A stretch of 64,000 nucleotides of DNA from the NCBI GenBank assembly GCA_036399335.1, contig DASWNF010000010.1:4066-68065 (forward strand), read 5' to 3'. Made by a program: the position numbers and the translations under genes. How positions within the stretch are numbered: position 1 is the first letter of the stretch; each line of letters opens with the position of its first letter. Shown in pieces: positions 29,749 to 38,026 of this stretch. The stretch comes from Minisyncoccota bacterium (lineage in GTDB: Bacteria > Patescibacteriota > Minisyncoccia > Phycocordibacterales > Phycocordibacteraceae). The notes below the pieces were generated by a model. The model was not told the DNA's origin. It saw only the letters and a program-made list of their open reading frames with translations, and ran no database searches.

Positions 29749-30586
29749 TCCAGATTACGACCCTTACCGGGATTTTATCGAAAAGCTGCAGAAAGATATG
29801 CAGCCTTATATCGAGGCACAGGCACGTTTACTTGAGGCATATGCGCCGACCTTCGAGGCGATGAACCATCTTCTTGTGCGCCTGGGACCGGTGCTGCAGA
29901 AGCAGATAATGCATGTGGAGTGGGTAGTGAGAGCGCAGCAGCGAAAGGAGGAGGAGAAGGTTGCGATGCTAGAGAGCGGCTGGTGGTACACCCCTTCCTT
30001 GCTCACTATTGATTTTAGGATTACCGACAACGCAGTTGACCAATATGGGCAGGGTGACAAGGAAGCTATCGGACGCATGGTCGAGACTGAGTATCAGCGT
30101 GATGGCTGTGCACTACTTGAACAAGCCGTGCTTGCTTGGGGAAAGAATGCCTTGTTTGCTCCATGGCTCCCTCATGCAAAGGCCGCCTTAGCGGCTCACC
30201 GGCGCAAAGAGTATGAGCTAAGCGTGCCAGTGTTCCTGATCATTTCCGAAGGGGTTGCCACGGCCTTTTGTAAGGCAAATGGTGTTTATGACGACCAGGA
30301 TATATCGAGTGCAGGAAAGAAGATAAAGAAGGCCTTGGACATTGGCTACGACTCCGGGCATGACTTGGCCTTTTCGGCGGAGTTCCTGAAGAGCGCCATG
30401 AATACTACGATTTATAAGAATACTGACGCACTCAAAGAAAGGCTAAATCACGACATTCTAAATCGCCACGCTGTGCTTCATGGTGTTAAGCCAGGCTACG
30501 GAACGCCTAGGTCTTCGCTTCAAGCGTTCATGCTCGCAGACTTCTTGAGCGAACTTGCGCAACCTCCAGAGAAAGATAGGAAATAG
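29741..30586 (+). CDS. Hypothetical protein with a C-terminal HEPN-like Rx4H motif (putative RNase effector)
   Basis: ATG overlaps the DUF2726 stop (ATGCATAA), indicating translational coupling; C-terminal LNRHAVLHG resembles the HEPN R-x4-H (Abi-type R[N]xxAH) motif; 281 aa. Confidence 0.4.
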   Translation: MHNPDYDPYRDFIEKLQKDMQPYIEAQARLLEAYAPTFEAMNHLLVRLGPVLQKQIMHVEWVVRAQQRKEEEKVAMLESGWWYTPSLLTIDFRITDNAVDQYGQGDKEAIGRMVETEYQRDGCALLEQAVLAWGKNALFAPWLPHAKAALAAHRRKEYELSVPVFLIISEGVATAFCKANGVYDDQDISSAGKKIKKALDIGYDSGHDLAFSAEFLKSAMNTTIYKNTDALKERLNHDILNRHAVLHGVKPGYGTPRSSLQAFMLADFLSELAQPPEKDRK

Positions 30587-30672
30587 AGGAAGATAAAATT
30601 TTCCTGCAGAAAATACTGCAAAATTAACGTAAATACCGTGAGCATTGACGTACGCATTGGTAACCTAAAAGT

Positions 30673-31653
30673 ATGTCATTAACTGTAAATGGTGCGTTCG
30701 CCACTTTCCATAAGGACTTTGTAAACCTGGATCCAGAGAGAACGAAGGTTGCCCGGGGCAGCAGAGACTGGTTATTTGATCAGTTGATAGGCCTACCACA
30801 AAAAGTAGACACATTCCCGCATTTGTATGCCGATAAGCATATCTATTATGGCTCGTTTGCGAGAAATACGAAGATACGCGAGCTCGATGATATAGACCTG
30901 ATTTTGGCTTTTCTTGCTCAAGGTACTAAATACCAAATTATTGTACCCGGCAAGGAATACGTGCTTACGCCGCCCGAGAGCGCGACGCATCTCCGAAAGC
31001 TTTGTCATGATGACGGTACCTTGAATTCAATAAAAGTAGTGAATCTGCTAGTCGCGTCCCTAGACAAGATTGAGCATTATAAGAAGTCAGAAAAGCATCG
31101 CAATCAAGAAGCAGCAACTCTCCAGCTTAGTTCGCATGAGTGGAAGTTCGATATAGTCCCTGCCTTCTTCGCTGATATAGACCACTACGTTATTCCTGAC
31201 GGGAAAGGGAACTGGAAGCCTACAGATCCACGAGTTGACCAAGAGAAGGTACAGCGGGTTAACGGGAAGCATGGAGGCAAGATCCTGCAGCTTATTCGGA
31301 CGTTAAAGTTTTGGAATAGGCGGGGACTTATGACTACTGCGCCCTCCTACCTATTTGAAAACATGATTCTTGATTACTTCGACAACCAAGCAGAGGTTCA
31401 CGATTATATTGACTTTAACTTGCGCGATTTTTGGGGTTACCTAATTACTGGCATTTACTACGATGTTATGGACCCGAAGAATTTGCAAGGCAACTTAAAT
31501 ACGCTGAGCCATTCAGAACGGGAAAGCATTTCTGCGAAGGCGGCAGATGCCTATGCTCGTGCAGCTGAGGCAATCAAGCTCGAGGTCACTGATGGCGACA
31601 TGGAAGCATCGATTCGGAAGTGGAGAGAGATCTTTGGGACGAACTTTATATGA
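30673..31653 (+). CDS. SMODS-type polymerase-beta superfamily nucleotidyltransferase (CD-NTase-like second-messenger synthase)
   Basis: YGSFARNTKIRELDDIDLILAF (GS...DxD) plus the third catalytic Asp in HEWKFDIVPAF (hxhDhhPa); 326 aa; low GC. Confidence 0.7.
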   Translation: MSLTVNGAFATFHKDFVNLDPERTKVARGSRDWLFDQLIGLPQKVDTFPHLYADKHIYYGSFARNTKIRELDDIDLILAFLAQGTKYQIIVPGKEYVLTPPESATHLRKLCHDDGTLNSIKVVNLLVASLDKIEHYKKSEKHRNQEAATLQLSSHEWKFDIVPAFFADIDHYVIPDGKGNWKPTDPRVDQEKVQRVNGKHGGKILQLIRTLKFWNRRGLMTTAPSYLFENMILDYFDNQAEVHDYIDFNLRDFWGYLITGIYYDVMDPKNLQGNLNTLSHSERESISAKAADAYARAAEAIKLEVTDGDMEASIRKWREIFGTNFI

Positions 31654-32546
31654 ACGACATACCTGAAAAGCAAAATCAGCCTAACCAGCTCGCCCTACTG
31701 TCAGCGCAAAGGCGCCTGTATTCGGCGTCAAAGAAACTTTTCTTCTGGCGGACAATCATTGCCTTATGTGTGGCAACGGTTGGCTCCTACCTCGTTTCGA
31801 ATATTACTTATTTCGGTTCATATCTCGCGTTAGCTATCGTAAGTTATATCGTTATAGATATTTATGTACTGAAACGGAAAGAATCTGAACACAGGGAAAC
31901 CGCTGCAGCAGTACAAGAACTTTTTGATACACGGCTCTATGAACTTCCATGGAATGATTTTGTGGCCAAGAAGAAACCAGATGACGAGCTGATTGCTCTC
32001 TGGGCCAGACCTCTTGAGCTCGATAACCAGGCGCTTAAGGATTGGTACCCACGTGAAGTCGGAAAAGCAGACTTGGATTTTGCCCGCTTTGTATGCCAAC
32101 GCACAAACTTATGGTGGGACTCCACGTTGAGACAGAATTACGTTCGATTCCTGATTTTTATACTAATTGCCACCGGAGTAGTCTTGGCATTATTGAGTAT
32201 CTATTTTGAGCTAAGTGTAGCAGCAGCGCTCGTCCAGCTTCTTCCATTGCTACCGCTCGCGAATTTGCTTCAGGAGCAAGTAAGGGACCACTGGGAGACT
32301 TACTCGCAGAACATATCCTTGAAAGGACAAATAGATGAGCAGATTGAAAAGATGGTACGCCGTGAAGTGTTAGAAACACCGTCAGTCGTGTCACGTATAT
32401 TTCAAGACGAGATATTTAGGCATCGGCGGAAATCCTCTCTTATTCTCGACTATTTCTACTGGAAATTCAGGCCGAAACAAGAGGAACAGATGCAGTTCAG
32501 TGCAGAATCGAAAGTCACAGAATACTTGAATGCAAAGCCGGCATAG
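31650..32546 (+). CDS. SLATT-like multi-TM effector (4 predicted TM helices) partnered with the SMODS nucleotidyltransferase
   Basis: ATGA overlap with the SMODS stop (31650-31653); TM pairs IIALCVATVGSYLVSNI/FGSYLALAIVSYIVIDIYVL and FLIFILIATGVVLALLSIYF/LVQLLPLLPLANLL; soluble C-terminal tail. Confidence 0.6.
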   Translation: MNDIPEKQNQPNQLALLSAQRRLYSASKKLFFWRTIIALCVATVGSYLVSNITYFGSYLALAIVSYIVIDIYVLKRKESEHRETAAAVQELFDTRLYELPWNDFVAKKKPDDELIALWARPLELDNQALKDWYPREVGKADLDFARFVCQRTNLWWDSTLRQNYVRFLIFILIATGVVLALLSIYFELSVAAALVQLLPLLPLANLLQEQVRDHWETYSQNISLKGQIDEQIEKMVRREVLETPSVVSRIFQDEIFRHRRKSSLILDYFYWKFRPKQEEQMQFSAESKVTEYLNAKPA

Positions 32547-32562
32547 GTGCTAAGCTTCAAGC

Positions 32563-33414
32563 ATGAACCTCATACGAACGTACGCGCTTCCGGCAGTCAT
32601 CATCCTAGCCTTTATCCTGGTTGCTTTCTGGATGAGCCTCATGATATGGGGCTCTTGGTACGACGAGTGGAGCGGGTATAACGCGACGTGGGCCATTAGT
32701 GACGGGTACTGCAACATCGCCGTCATACCTATCCGGGGCGAAATTTATTCGTATGCGAGCGAGGACGAGCGGTACGCATTTCCCGTCACGGTCGGGGACG
32801 ATATCCTCGGGCTGATCGACCACATTGAGTCGGAGCCGGGCATTGACGGCGTCATGCTCCAGATTGATTCTCCCGGCGGGGAAATGACGCCGGCCACGGA
32901 GATCGTGGACCGGCTTAAGGCGCTCGACCTTCCCGTCGCCGCGTATATCCGCGAGATGGGTGCTTCTGCCGCCTATTACATTGCGACAGGCGCGGACACG
33001 ATCATCGCGACCCCGCTTTCAGACGTCGGCAGCATCGGCGTGACCATGTCGTACCTCGACCAGTCACGCCAGAACGAGGACGCGGGGCTCGAGTTCATCT
33101 CGCTTTCGTCTGGAAAGTACAAGGACTATGGGAACCCCAACCGGCCCCTAACTGAGGAGGAACGTGCGCTGCTTGAGCGCGACCTAAAGATATACCACGA
33201 CGTATTCGTGGCCAACATCGCCGGCAACCGCGGCCTGCCCGTTGAGGAGATTGCCGCGCTCGCCGACGGCTCCTCGATGCCCGCCAGTCTTGCGCTTGAA
33301 AAGAAACTTATCGACTCGGTAGGGAACAGGGATACGGTCCGCGAGTGGTTTGCCAGTACGCTTATCATGGACACGGAGAATGTCGTCTTGTGCCGTCCCG
33401 CGCAGGTGTATTAA
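32563..33414 (+). CDS. sppA: Signal peptide peptidase SppA (S49 family, ClpP/crotonase fold)
   Basis: N-terminal TM anchor; QIDSPGGEM...GASAAYYIA...IGV motifs. Confidence 0.75.
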   Translation: MNLIRTYALPAVIILAFILVAFWMSLMIWGSWYDEWSGYNATWAISDGYCNIAVIPIRGEIYSYASEDERYAFPVTVGDDILGLIDHIESEPGIDGVMLQIDSPGGEMTPATEIVDRLKALDLPVAAYIREMGASAAYYIATGADTIIATPLSDVGSIGVTMSYLDQSRQNEDAGLEFISLSSGKYKDYGNPNRPLTEEERALLERDLKIYHDVFVANIAGNRGLPVEEIAALADGSSMPASLALEKKLIDSVGNRDTVREWFASTLIMDTENVVLCRPAQVY

Positions 33415-33436
33415 CCGGCTCGGTGCGCTAAGCCCC

Positions 33437-34003
33437 ATGGACTACGAAATACGGGAAAGCGCGCGGGCACGGTACGTGCGGGTGTCGGTGTACCCGGACG
33501 GAAGGGTAATCGTGACGCGCCCGCGCGGAGTGTCGCTCCTTGCCATTACTAAGTTCGTGGAAGAACGGCGCAAGTGGATCCTGGAGGCGAAGGAAGAAGC
33601 CCGGAAAAAGGAGGAAGCGCGCAAGCGCCGGGAAGAGAAGTCGCCGAGTACCTTGCTCCCGCGGCCGCGCCGCGGGAGCAAGGTACATACTGAGGCGGTA
33701 AACCGTGCGCGCCTTCTCGTACACGCGCACCTCGAATCCCTGAATGCGCACTATGGTTTTACATATGGGCGCGTATCCATAAAGAGCCAGAAGTCTCTCT
33801 GGGGGAGTTGTTCGCATAAAGGGAACCTCAATTTCAATTATAAGATCGCGTATCTCCCCGAAGACGTAGCCGAGTACCTCGTCGCCCATGAACTGTGCCA
33901 CTTGAAAGAGATGAACCACTCACCTCGTTTCTGGGCGCTCGTGGGAACACAGGTGCCTGAGTATGCCCGCCTTCGGGCGCGGCTTCGCAGGTACCGGATA
34001 TAA
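33437..34003 (+). CDS. YgjP-like (DUF45/M48-type) zinc metallohydrolase
   Basis: HELCHLKEMNHSPRFW HExxH-type motif at the C-terminus; typical DUF45 N-terminus; ATG at 33437. Confidence 0.7.
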   Translation: MDYEIRESARARYVRVSVYPDGRVIVTRPRGVSLLAITKFVEERRKWILEAKEEARKKEEARKRREEKSPSTLLPRPRRGSKVHTEAVNRARLLVHAHLESLNAHYGFTYGRVSIKSQKSLWGSCSHKGNLNFNYKIAYLPEDVAEYLVAHELCHLKEMNHSPRFWALVGTQVPEYARLRARLRRYRI

Positions 34004-34045
34004 AAAAACGCCGGTCCCAGGGGGACCGGCGTCGAGTTTTGTTGG
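34001..34045. terminator. Bidirectional rho-independent terminator
   Basis: AAAAAAACGCCGGTCCC-aggg-GGACCGGCGTCGAGTTTTGTT; serves the convergent ygjP-like gene and the 34061 minus-strand gene. Confidence 0.7.
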
Positions 34046-34060
34046 TTGCCGTTTCAGGGC

Positions 34061-34723
34061 TTACAGCTCCATCACCTCGACGAAGCCGTAGCGGGCGACC
34101 GGAAGGTTGATGCGGGCGACGCGGCGGGTATGCGGCTTGGCCTTCGGATCGCCGCGGCTGCGCAGATGGAAACGGGCGGCCTTGTTCTCGTTGGCGGTGA
34201 GGTGCCCGACGAGGTACGTGGTGTTGTCCGAGAACTTCGTCTCGACCAGGGTCAGGTACCCCTTGAGCGGCTTGTCCGCCTCGACCGGCTTGCTGCTGAG
34301 GATCTCGATGCCGATGCCGATGCCCTTCCTCATGATGAGCGGCGCGATGTAGAGCTCCTCGGCGACCTGTGCCACCCCCTGTCCGGGAGTGAAACTCACC
34401 GGGCCTTCCCAGCGGATCCTGTTGGCGACGGCGTGCCGTTCGGGCTTATCCGCGGGCTTTTTGGCCTCGACGGACTTCGCAACCGCGACGGGCTTCGCGG
34501 CCTCGACCTGCGCCGGCAAGGCCTTCTTGACCTTCGTCGACGGCTGGTCGGAGCTTTTCTTCGCGCGCGCCTTCTTCGGCTTCGGGGCCGGCTTGTCGGT
34601 AACGGGCGCGGCGCTGACAGGGACGAGGATCTCCTCGAGCTGCGCGCCGTCGGTGGTGCCATTGTCGGTGCCGGAATCGATTTCGATGCCGACGAGCTGC
34701 TCTGCCATAGTTCCGTGCATCAT
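34061..34723 (-). CDS. Hypothetical protein with Lys/Ala/Pro-rich linker
   Basis: GGGAG SD upstream of the ATG at 34721-34723; KPAPKPKKARAKK.. histone-like linker plus a conserved-looking C-terminal domain (GYLTLVETKFSDNTTYLVGHLTANENK...). Confidence 0.5.
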   Translation of the reverse strand: MMHGTMAEQLVGIEIDSGTDNGTTDGAQLEEILVPVSAAPVTDKPAPKPKKARAKKSSDQPSTKVKKALPAQVEAAKPVAVAKSVEAKKPADKPERHAVANRIRWEGPVSFTPGQGVAQVAEELYIAPLIMRKGIGIGIEILSSKPVEADKPLKGYLTLVETKFSDNTTYLVGHLTANENKAARFHLRSRGDPKAKPHTRRVARINLPVARYGFVEVMEL

Positions 34724-34887
34724 CTTCGTCACTCCCATGCTGATGAACCGTTGTGAAAGGGCGGTTCGTGACCCGGGGAAAGTATAATACAATAGCGTCG
34801 ATATTGTCAAGGTCATGCGTGTATGTATATAAAGGCTGGATTTCTCCTTTTGGCCCGGGAAGGATATACTTTCCTCACAATTCGTTC

Positions 34888-37434
34888 ATGAAATGGTCCT
34901 CCAAAATTGGTGCCTTCCTCATCTCATTCTCCCTCCTTATTCCACCGGTTTTTGCTGATGAGCTTGTTCCTGCGTCGGGTACGAAAGAAGCGGCCGTTGA
35001 GATGGTACTTGGAACTTCATTCTCGGAATCGGAGCCAGCATTAGGCTTAGAAGAGCCGTTACTTCCAGCTCCCGAACCAACGCCAGAAGGGGAAGAGGGG
35101 GGTCGTGTACCGGCAGCCCCATCCACTGAGGCAACCGAACCTGCGGACGAAGCCGTAGCAAGTACGACGACCCCAATTGCTACCTCAACACCGAGCACGA
35201 CGCCTCTGCCACCAGAAACAGCGACCACGACCGAGGCAGAACCAGCGGAAGGACTCGGCTACGTGCCGGGAGAAATACTCGTTAAATTTAAGGAACAGAA
35301 GATCGACCTTGAGCGCGCGTCCGGGGAAGCAAAGGCCGAAGCCTTTACCGAAGCGCGGGGCCTAGGGTTCGAAGGCAGCCTCGTTGAAGCGAACGTCGCC
35401 ATTATCACGACTGAGGGAAATGTCGCTGCCGAGGTAGAGAAGCTCGAAGCCGACCCGAACGTCGAGTACGCGGAACCGAACTACACCTATACCCTCGACG
35501 AGTACGCATCGACCACGAATGACACGCTCTGGACGAGCCTTTGGGGACTCCAGAACACGGGCGCATCGGTGAACGGTACGGTGGGAACGAATGATGCGGA
35601 CATCGACGCGCCTGCGGCGTGGACCTTGTCGCAGGGAGAAGGGGTAATCGTCGCCGTCATTGATACGGGCGTTAACTACGCGCACCCGGACCTCGTCGGC
35701 CGTATGTGGAACGGGAACTCGTGCGTACTTGGCGGTATGGCCGTGCTCGGCGGCTGCGAGCACGGGTATGACTTCGTGCGCGATAACAGCGATCCGACGC
35801 CCGTTAACGACCACGGTACGCATGTCGCGGGCACGATTGCAGCAACGCTTAACAACGGGGCAGGTACGGCAGGCGTGGCACCGCGTGCCCAAATCATGGC
35901 GCTCCGCACCGATTATGAGGACGAAGAGGGTAATACTGTACTTTCGCTCGACGCCATTATCGCAGCCATGGATTTTGCGACCGAGAATGGCGCCAAAGTC
36001 GCAAACGCAAGCTTCGGCAGCAGTTACGAGTCGATACTCCTTCGTGACGCGATTGGCCGCTTCGGGGACGCGGGCGGCATCTTTATCGCTGCAGCGGGGA
36101 ATGCATCGGGCAATAACGACGTGTTCCGCTACTACCCGGCAAGCTACGACCTCCCGAATGTGGTGAGCGTCGCCGCAACGAACCAGGATGACGGGCTCGC
36201 ATCGTTCTCAAACTACGGCAACACGTCCGTCGACGTGGGTGCGCCGGGCGTAAATATCCGGAGTACGGTATTGAACGATACGTACGGCTTTAAAGGCGGT
36301 ACCTCGATGGCCGCACCGCACGTAGCGGGCATTGCCGCACAGCTCTTCGCCCTCAAGCCATCGCTCAGCGTCGCTGCGGCTAAGGCGGCCATACTTACGA
36401 ACGGTGACGCGGCACCTGCGCTCGCCGGCAAGACGGTAACCGGGAAGCGCGTGAACGCCTTCCGCACGCTCACCTCGGTTGCGGGAGGCCTTGCAACGAC
36501 GACGCTTAACGTTACGGTTTCCGTAGTCAACGATTCGGGGCGCACGGCGACCTCAAGCGACGTCGTGTACAGCATCAGTAGCACAATGGCCACGTCTTCC
36601 GTAAGCGGTATAAATGCACACCTTATTACCCCCGGCTTTTATACGGTTACCCCGGCAAGCATGCGCGGATACGTGCTCGCAAGCTCAGGCTGCACAAGCC
36701 TCATGCTCGTCGCGAATGCCTCGACGACATGCTCCCTTACCTACAATGACTTCGTCGACGTTACGGCGCCGACCATATCGCTCACGGGCGCAAACCCCCA
36801 GGCGCTCACGGTAGGGAGCGCCTATACGGAACTCGGCGCTACCGCTACTGACGACGTCGACGTAAGCGTGCCTGTCGTTATCGACGCGTCTTCGCTTGAT
36901 ATACAGACAGCGGGCTCGTACGAAGTCCGGTACGTTGCTACCGACGCGGCAGGGAACGCCGCAACATCAACGCGTACGGTTACCATGTCTGCACCGCCGC
37001 GCTCGGGCGGCGGGGGTGGAGGGGGAGGTGGCGGAGGGGGAGGTGGCGGAGGAGGAGGTTCAAGCCGCTCAAAGAATAAAAAGAAGACGACAAGGGAAAC
37101 AACGTCCGAACCCGCCAAGAAGGCGACTACGACGAAGAAGAGGGCAGCCGTGACGCCGCCAGCTCCGGCTGCGCCTAAGACACTGCCGGTGAAACAGGCA
37201 CCCGTTCCGGTGAAGTATGTATACGTGCGCGACCTGGCCGTGGGCTACCAAGGTGCGGACGTGGCGAAGCTTCAGGAGTTTCTGGTTGCAAAGGGCTTTC
37301 TTTTTGCGGCACCCACCGGTTACTTCGGCACCATGACGCAGGACGCGCTCCGCAGGTACCAGGCAGCAAACGGTATCTTGCCCGCAACGGGCTACTTCGG
37401 GCCGCTTACGCGCGCGCGGGTGAACGCCCTATAG
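34888..37434 (+). CDS. Secreted subtilisin-like serine protease (S8) with a poly-Gly tract and a C-terminal peptidoglycan-binding domain
   Basis: Signal peptide MKWSSKIGAFLISFSLLIPPVFA; catalytic triad motifs VIDTGVNYAHPDL / HGTHVAGTIAA / GTSMAAPHVAGIAA; a run of 18 Gly encoded at about 37003-37065; C-terminal LQEFLVAKGF...GYFGTMTQDALRRYQAANGI (PG_binding_1-like). Confidence 0.85.
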   Translation: MKWSSKIGAFLISFSLLIPPVFADELVPASGTKEAAVEMVLGTSFSESEPALGLEEPLLPAPEPTPEGEEGGRVPAAPSTEATEPADEAVASTTTPIATSTPSTTPLPPETATTTEAEPAEGLGYVPGEILVKFKEQKIDLERASGEAKAEAFTEARGLGFEGSLVEANVAIITTEGNVAAEVEKLEADPNVEYAEPNYTYTLDEYASTTNDTLWTSLWGLQNTGASVNGTVGTNDADIDAPAAWTLSQGEGVIVAVIDTGVNYAHPDLVGRMWNGNSCVLGGMAVLGGCEHGYDFVRDNSDPTPVNDHGTHVAGTIAATLNNGAGTAGVAPRAQIMALRTDYEDEEGNTVLSLDAIIAAMDFATENGAKVANASFGSSYESILLRDAIGRFGDAGGIFIAAAGNASGNNDVFRYYPASYDLPNVVSVAATNQDDGLASFSNYGNTSVDVGAPGVNIRSTVLNDTYGFKGGTSMAAPHVAGIAAQLFALKPSLSVAAAKAAILTNGDAAPALAGKTVTGKRVNAFRTLTSVAGGLATTTLNVTVSVVNDSGRTATSSDVVYSISSTMATSSVSGINAHLITPGFYTVTPASMRGYVLASSGCTSLMLVANASTTCSLTYNDFVDVTAPTISLTGANPQALTVGSAYTELGATATDDVDVSVPVVIDASSLDIQTAGSYEVRYVATDAAGNAATSTRTVTMSAPPRSGGGGGGGGGGGGGGGGGGSSRSKNKKKTTRETTSEPAKKATTTKKRAAVTPPAPAAPKTLPVKQAPVPVKYVYVRDLAVGYQGADVAKLQEFLVAKGFLFAAPTGYFGTMTQDALRRYQAANGILPATGYFGPLTRARVNAL

Positions 37435-37449
37435 TGAATGAATAGAAGA

Positions 37450-37486
37450 AAGGGCCGCCCAGGCTTTGCCTGGGCGGCCCTTTTTC
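37450..37486 (+). terminator. Rho-independent terminator after the subtilase gene
   Basis: AGGGCCGCCCAGGC-tttg-CCTGGGCGGCCCTTTTT. Confidence 0.75.
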
Positions 37487-37487
37487 G

Positions 37488-37880
37488 TCACAACCCGTTC
37501 GGGTGTGCAGTGAAGTAGTGTCCGCTGATGTCGATGGTCTCATGCCAGGGACTTATCAGGGTCACGAACTGAGGATGCGCCTCCGCATCCTCGCTCGGGC
37601 GGATAGCGACCGCGACGAGTGCCTCCGTGCCGAAGACGGCCCGAAGGATATCCGGTGCGCGGTCGTTCAGCCAGAGGCGCGCGTTCGGCCGGAAGATCTC
37701 GACGACCTCTTCCGTCACCGGATGCGCGGCGAAAGTTCGCCGGCGTCTCCCAGCTGGTTGGTGCGGCGGATGCGGCGGGCATCTTCGACGAGCCATTTGC
37801 TCCAGAAGTGCATGCCGACGGCGGTAAGCGCGCCGATGAGGGCTGCGGGCCCAAGATCACGTATCGAAATGTGCATCTCC
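37488..37880 (-). pseudogene. Possible frameshifted small membrane-anchored protein (two overlapping minus-strand frames)
   Basis: Frame A (..MHISIRDLGPAALIGALTAVGMHFWSKWLVEDARRIRRTNQLGDAGELSPRIR*, stop at about 37715) and frame B (..FAAHPVTEEVVEIFRPNARLWLNDRAPDILRAVFGTEALVAVAIRPSEDAEAHPQFVTLISPWHETIDISGHYFTAHPNGL*, stop at 37488) join plausibly at a TTT run near 37735. Confidence 0.3.
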
Positions 37881-38026
37881 ATACTCCCTATCGCGGAGGG
37901 GTCCTTCCCGTTCCGTCTAGGCGGAGGATAGCACGGACGGTGCCGGGGTAAAGGGGGAGTTTCGTATACGGCGCTTCGGGCGCGTGTCCCCTTAGCCTCG
38001 GGCGCAAGTAGGGGTACACTGGAGGG

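Larger units (their letters stand above)
27340..32560. other. Lower-GC accessory (defence) island inserted between rpoD and sppA
   Basis: Visibly AT-richer than flanking DNA (roughly mid-40s % GC against >60%); carries six genes in three coupled pairs with defence-type domains; no integrase, tRNA or obvious flanking direct repeats. Confidence 0.6.

Noticed and set aside
34389-34787. 132-aa plus-strand ORF and other frames inside 34061..34723
   Set aside because: They are antisense to the better-supported minus-strand gene, which has an RBS and a shared bidirectional terminator at its 3' end.
36990-37075. G-rich DNA repeat considered as a CRISPR or other repeat array
   Set aside because: It is in-frame coding sequence for a poly-Gly linker inside the subtilase gene. 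There is no repeat-spacer periodicity.
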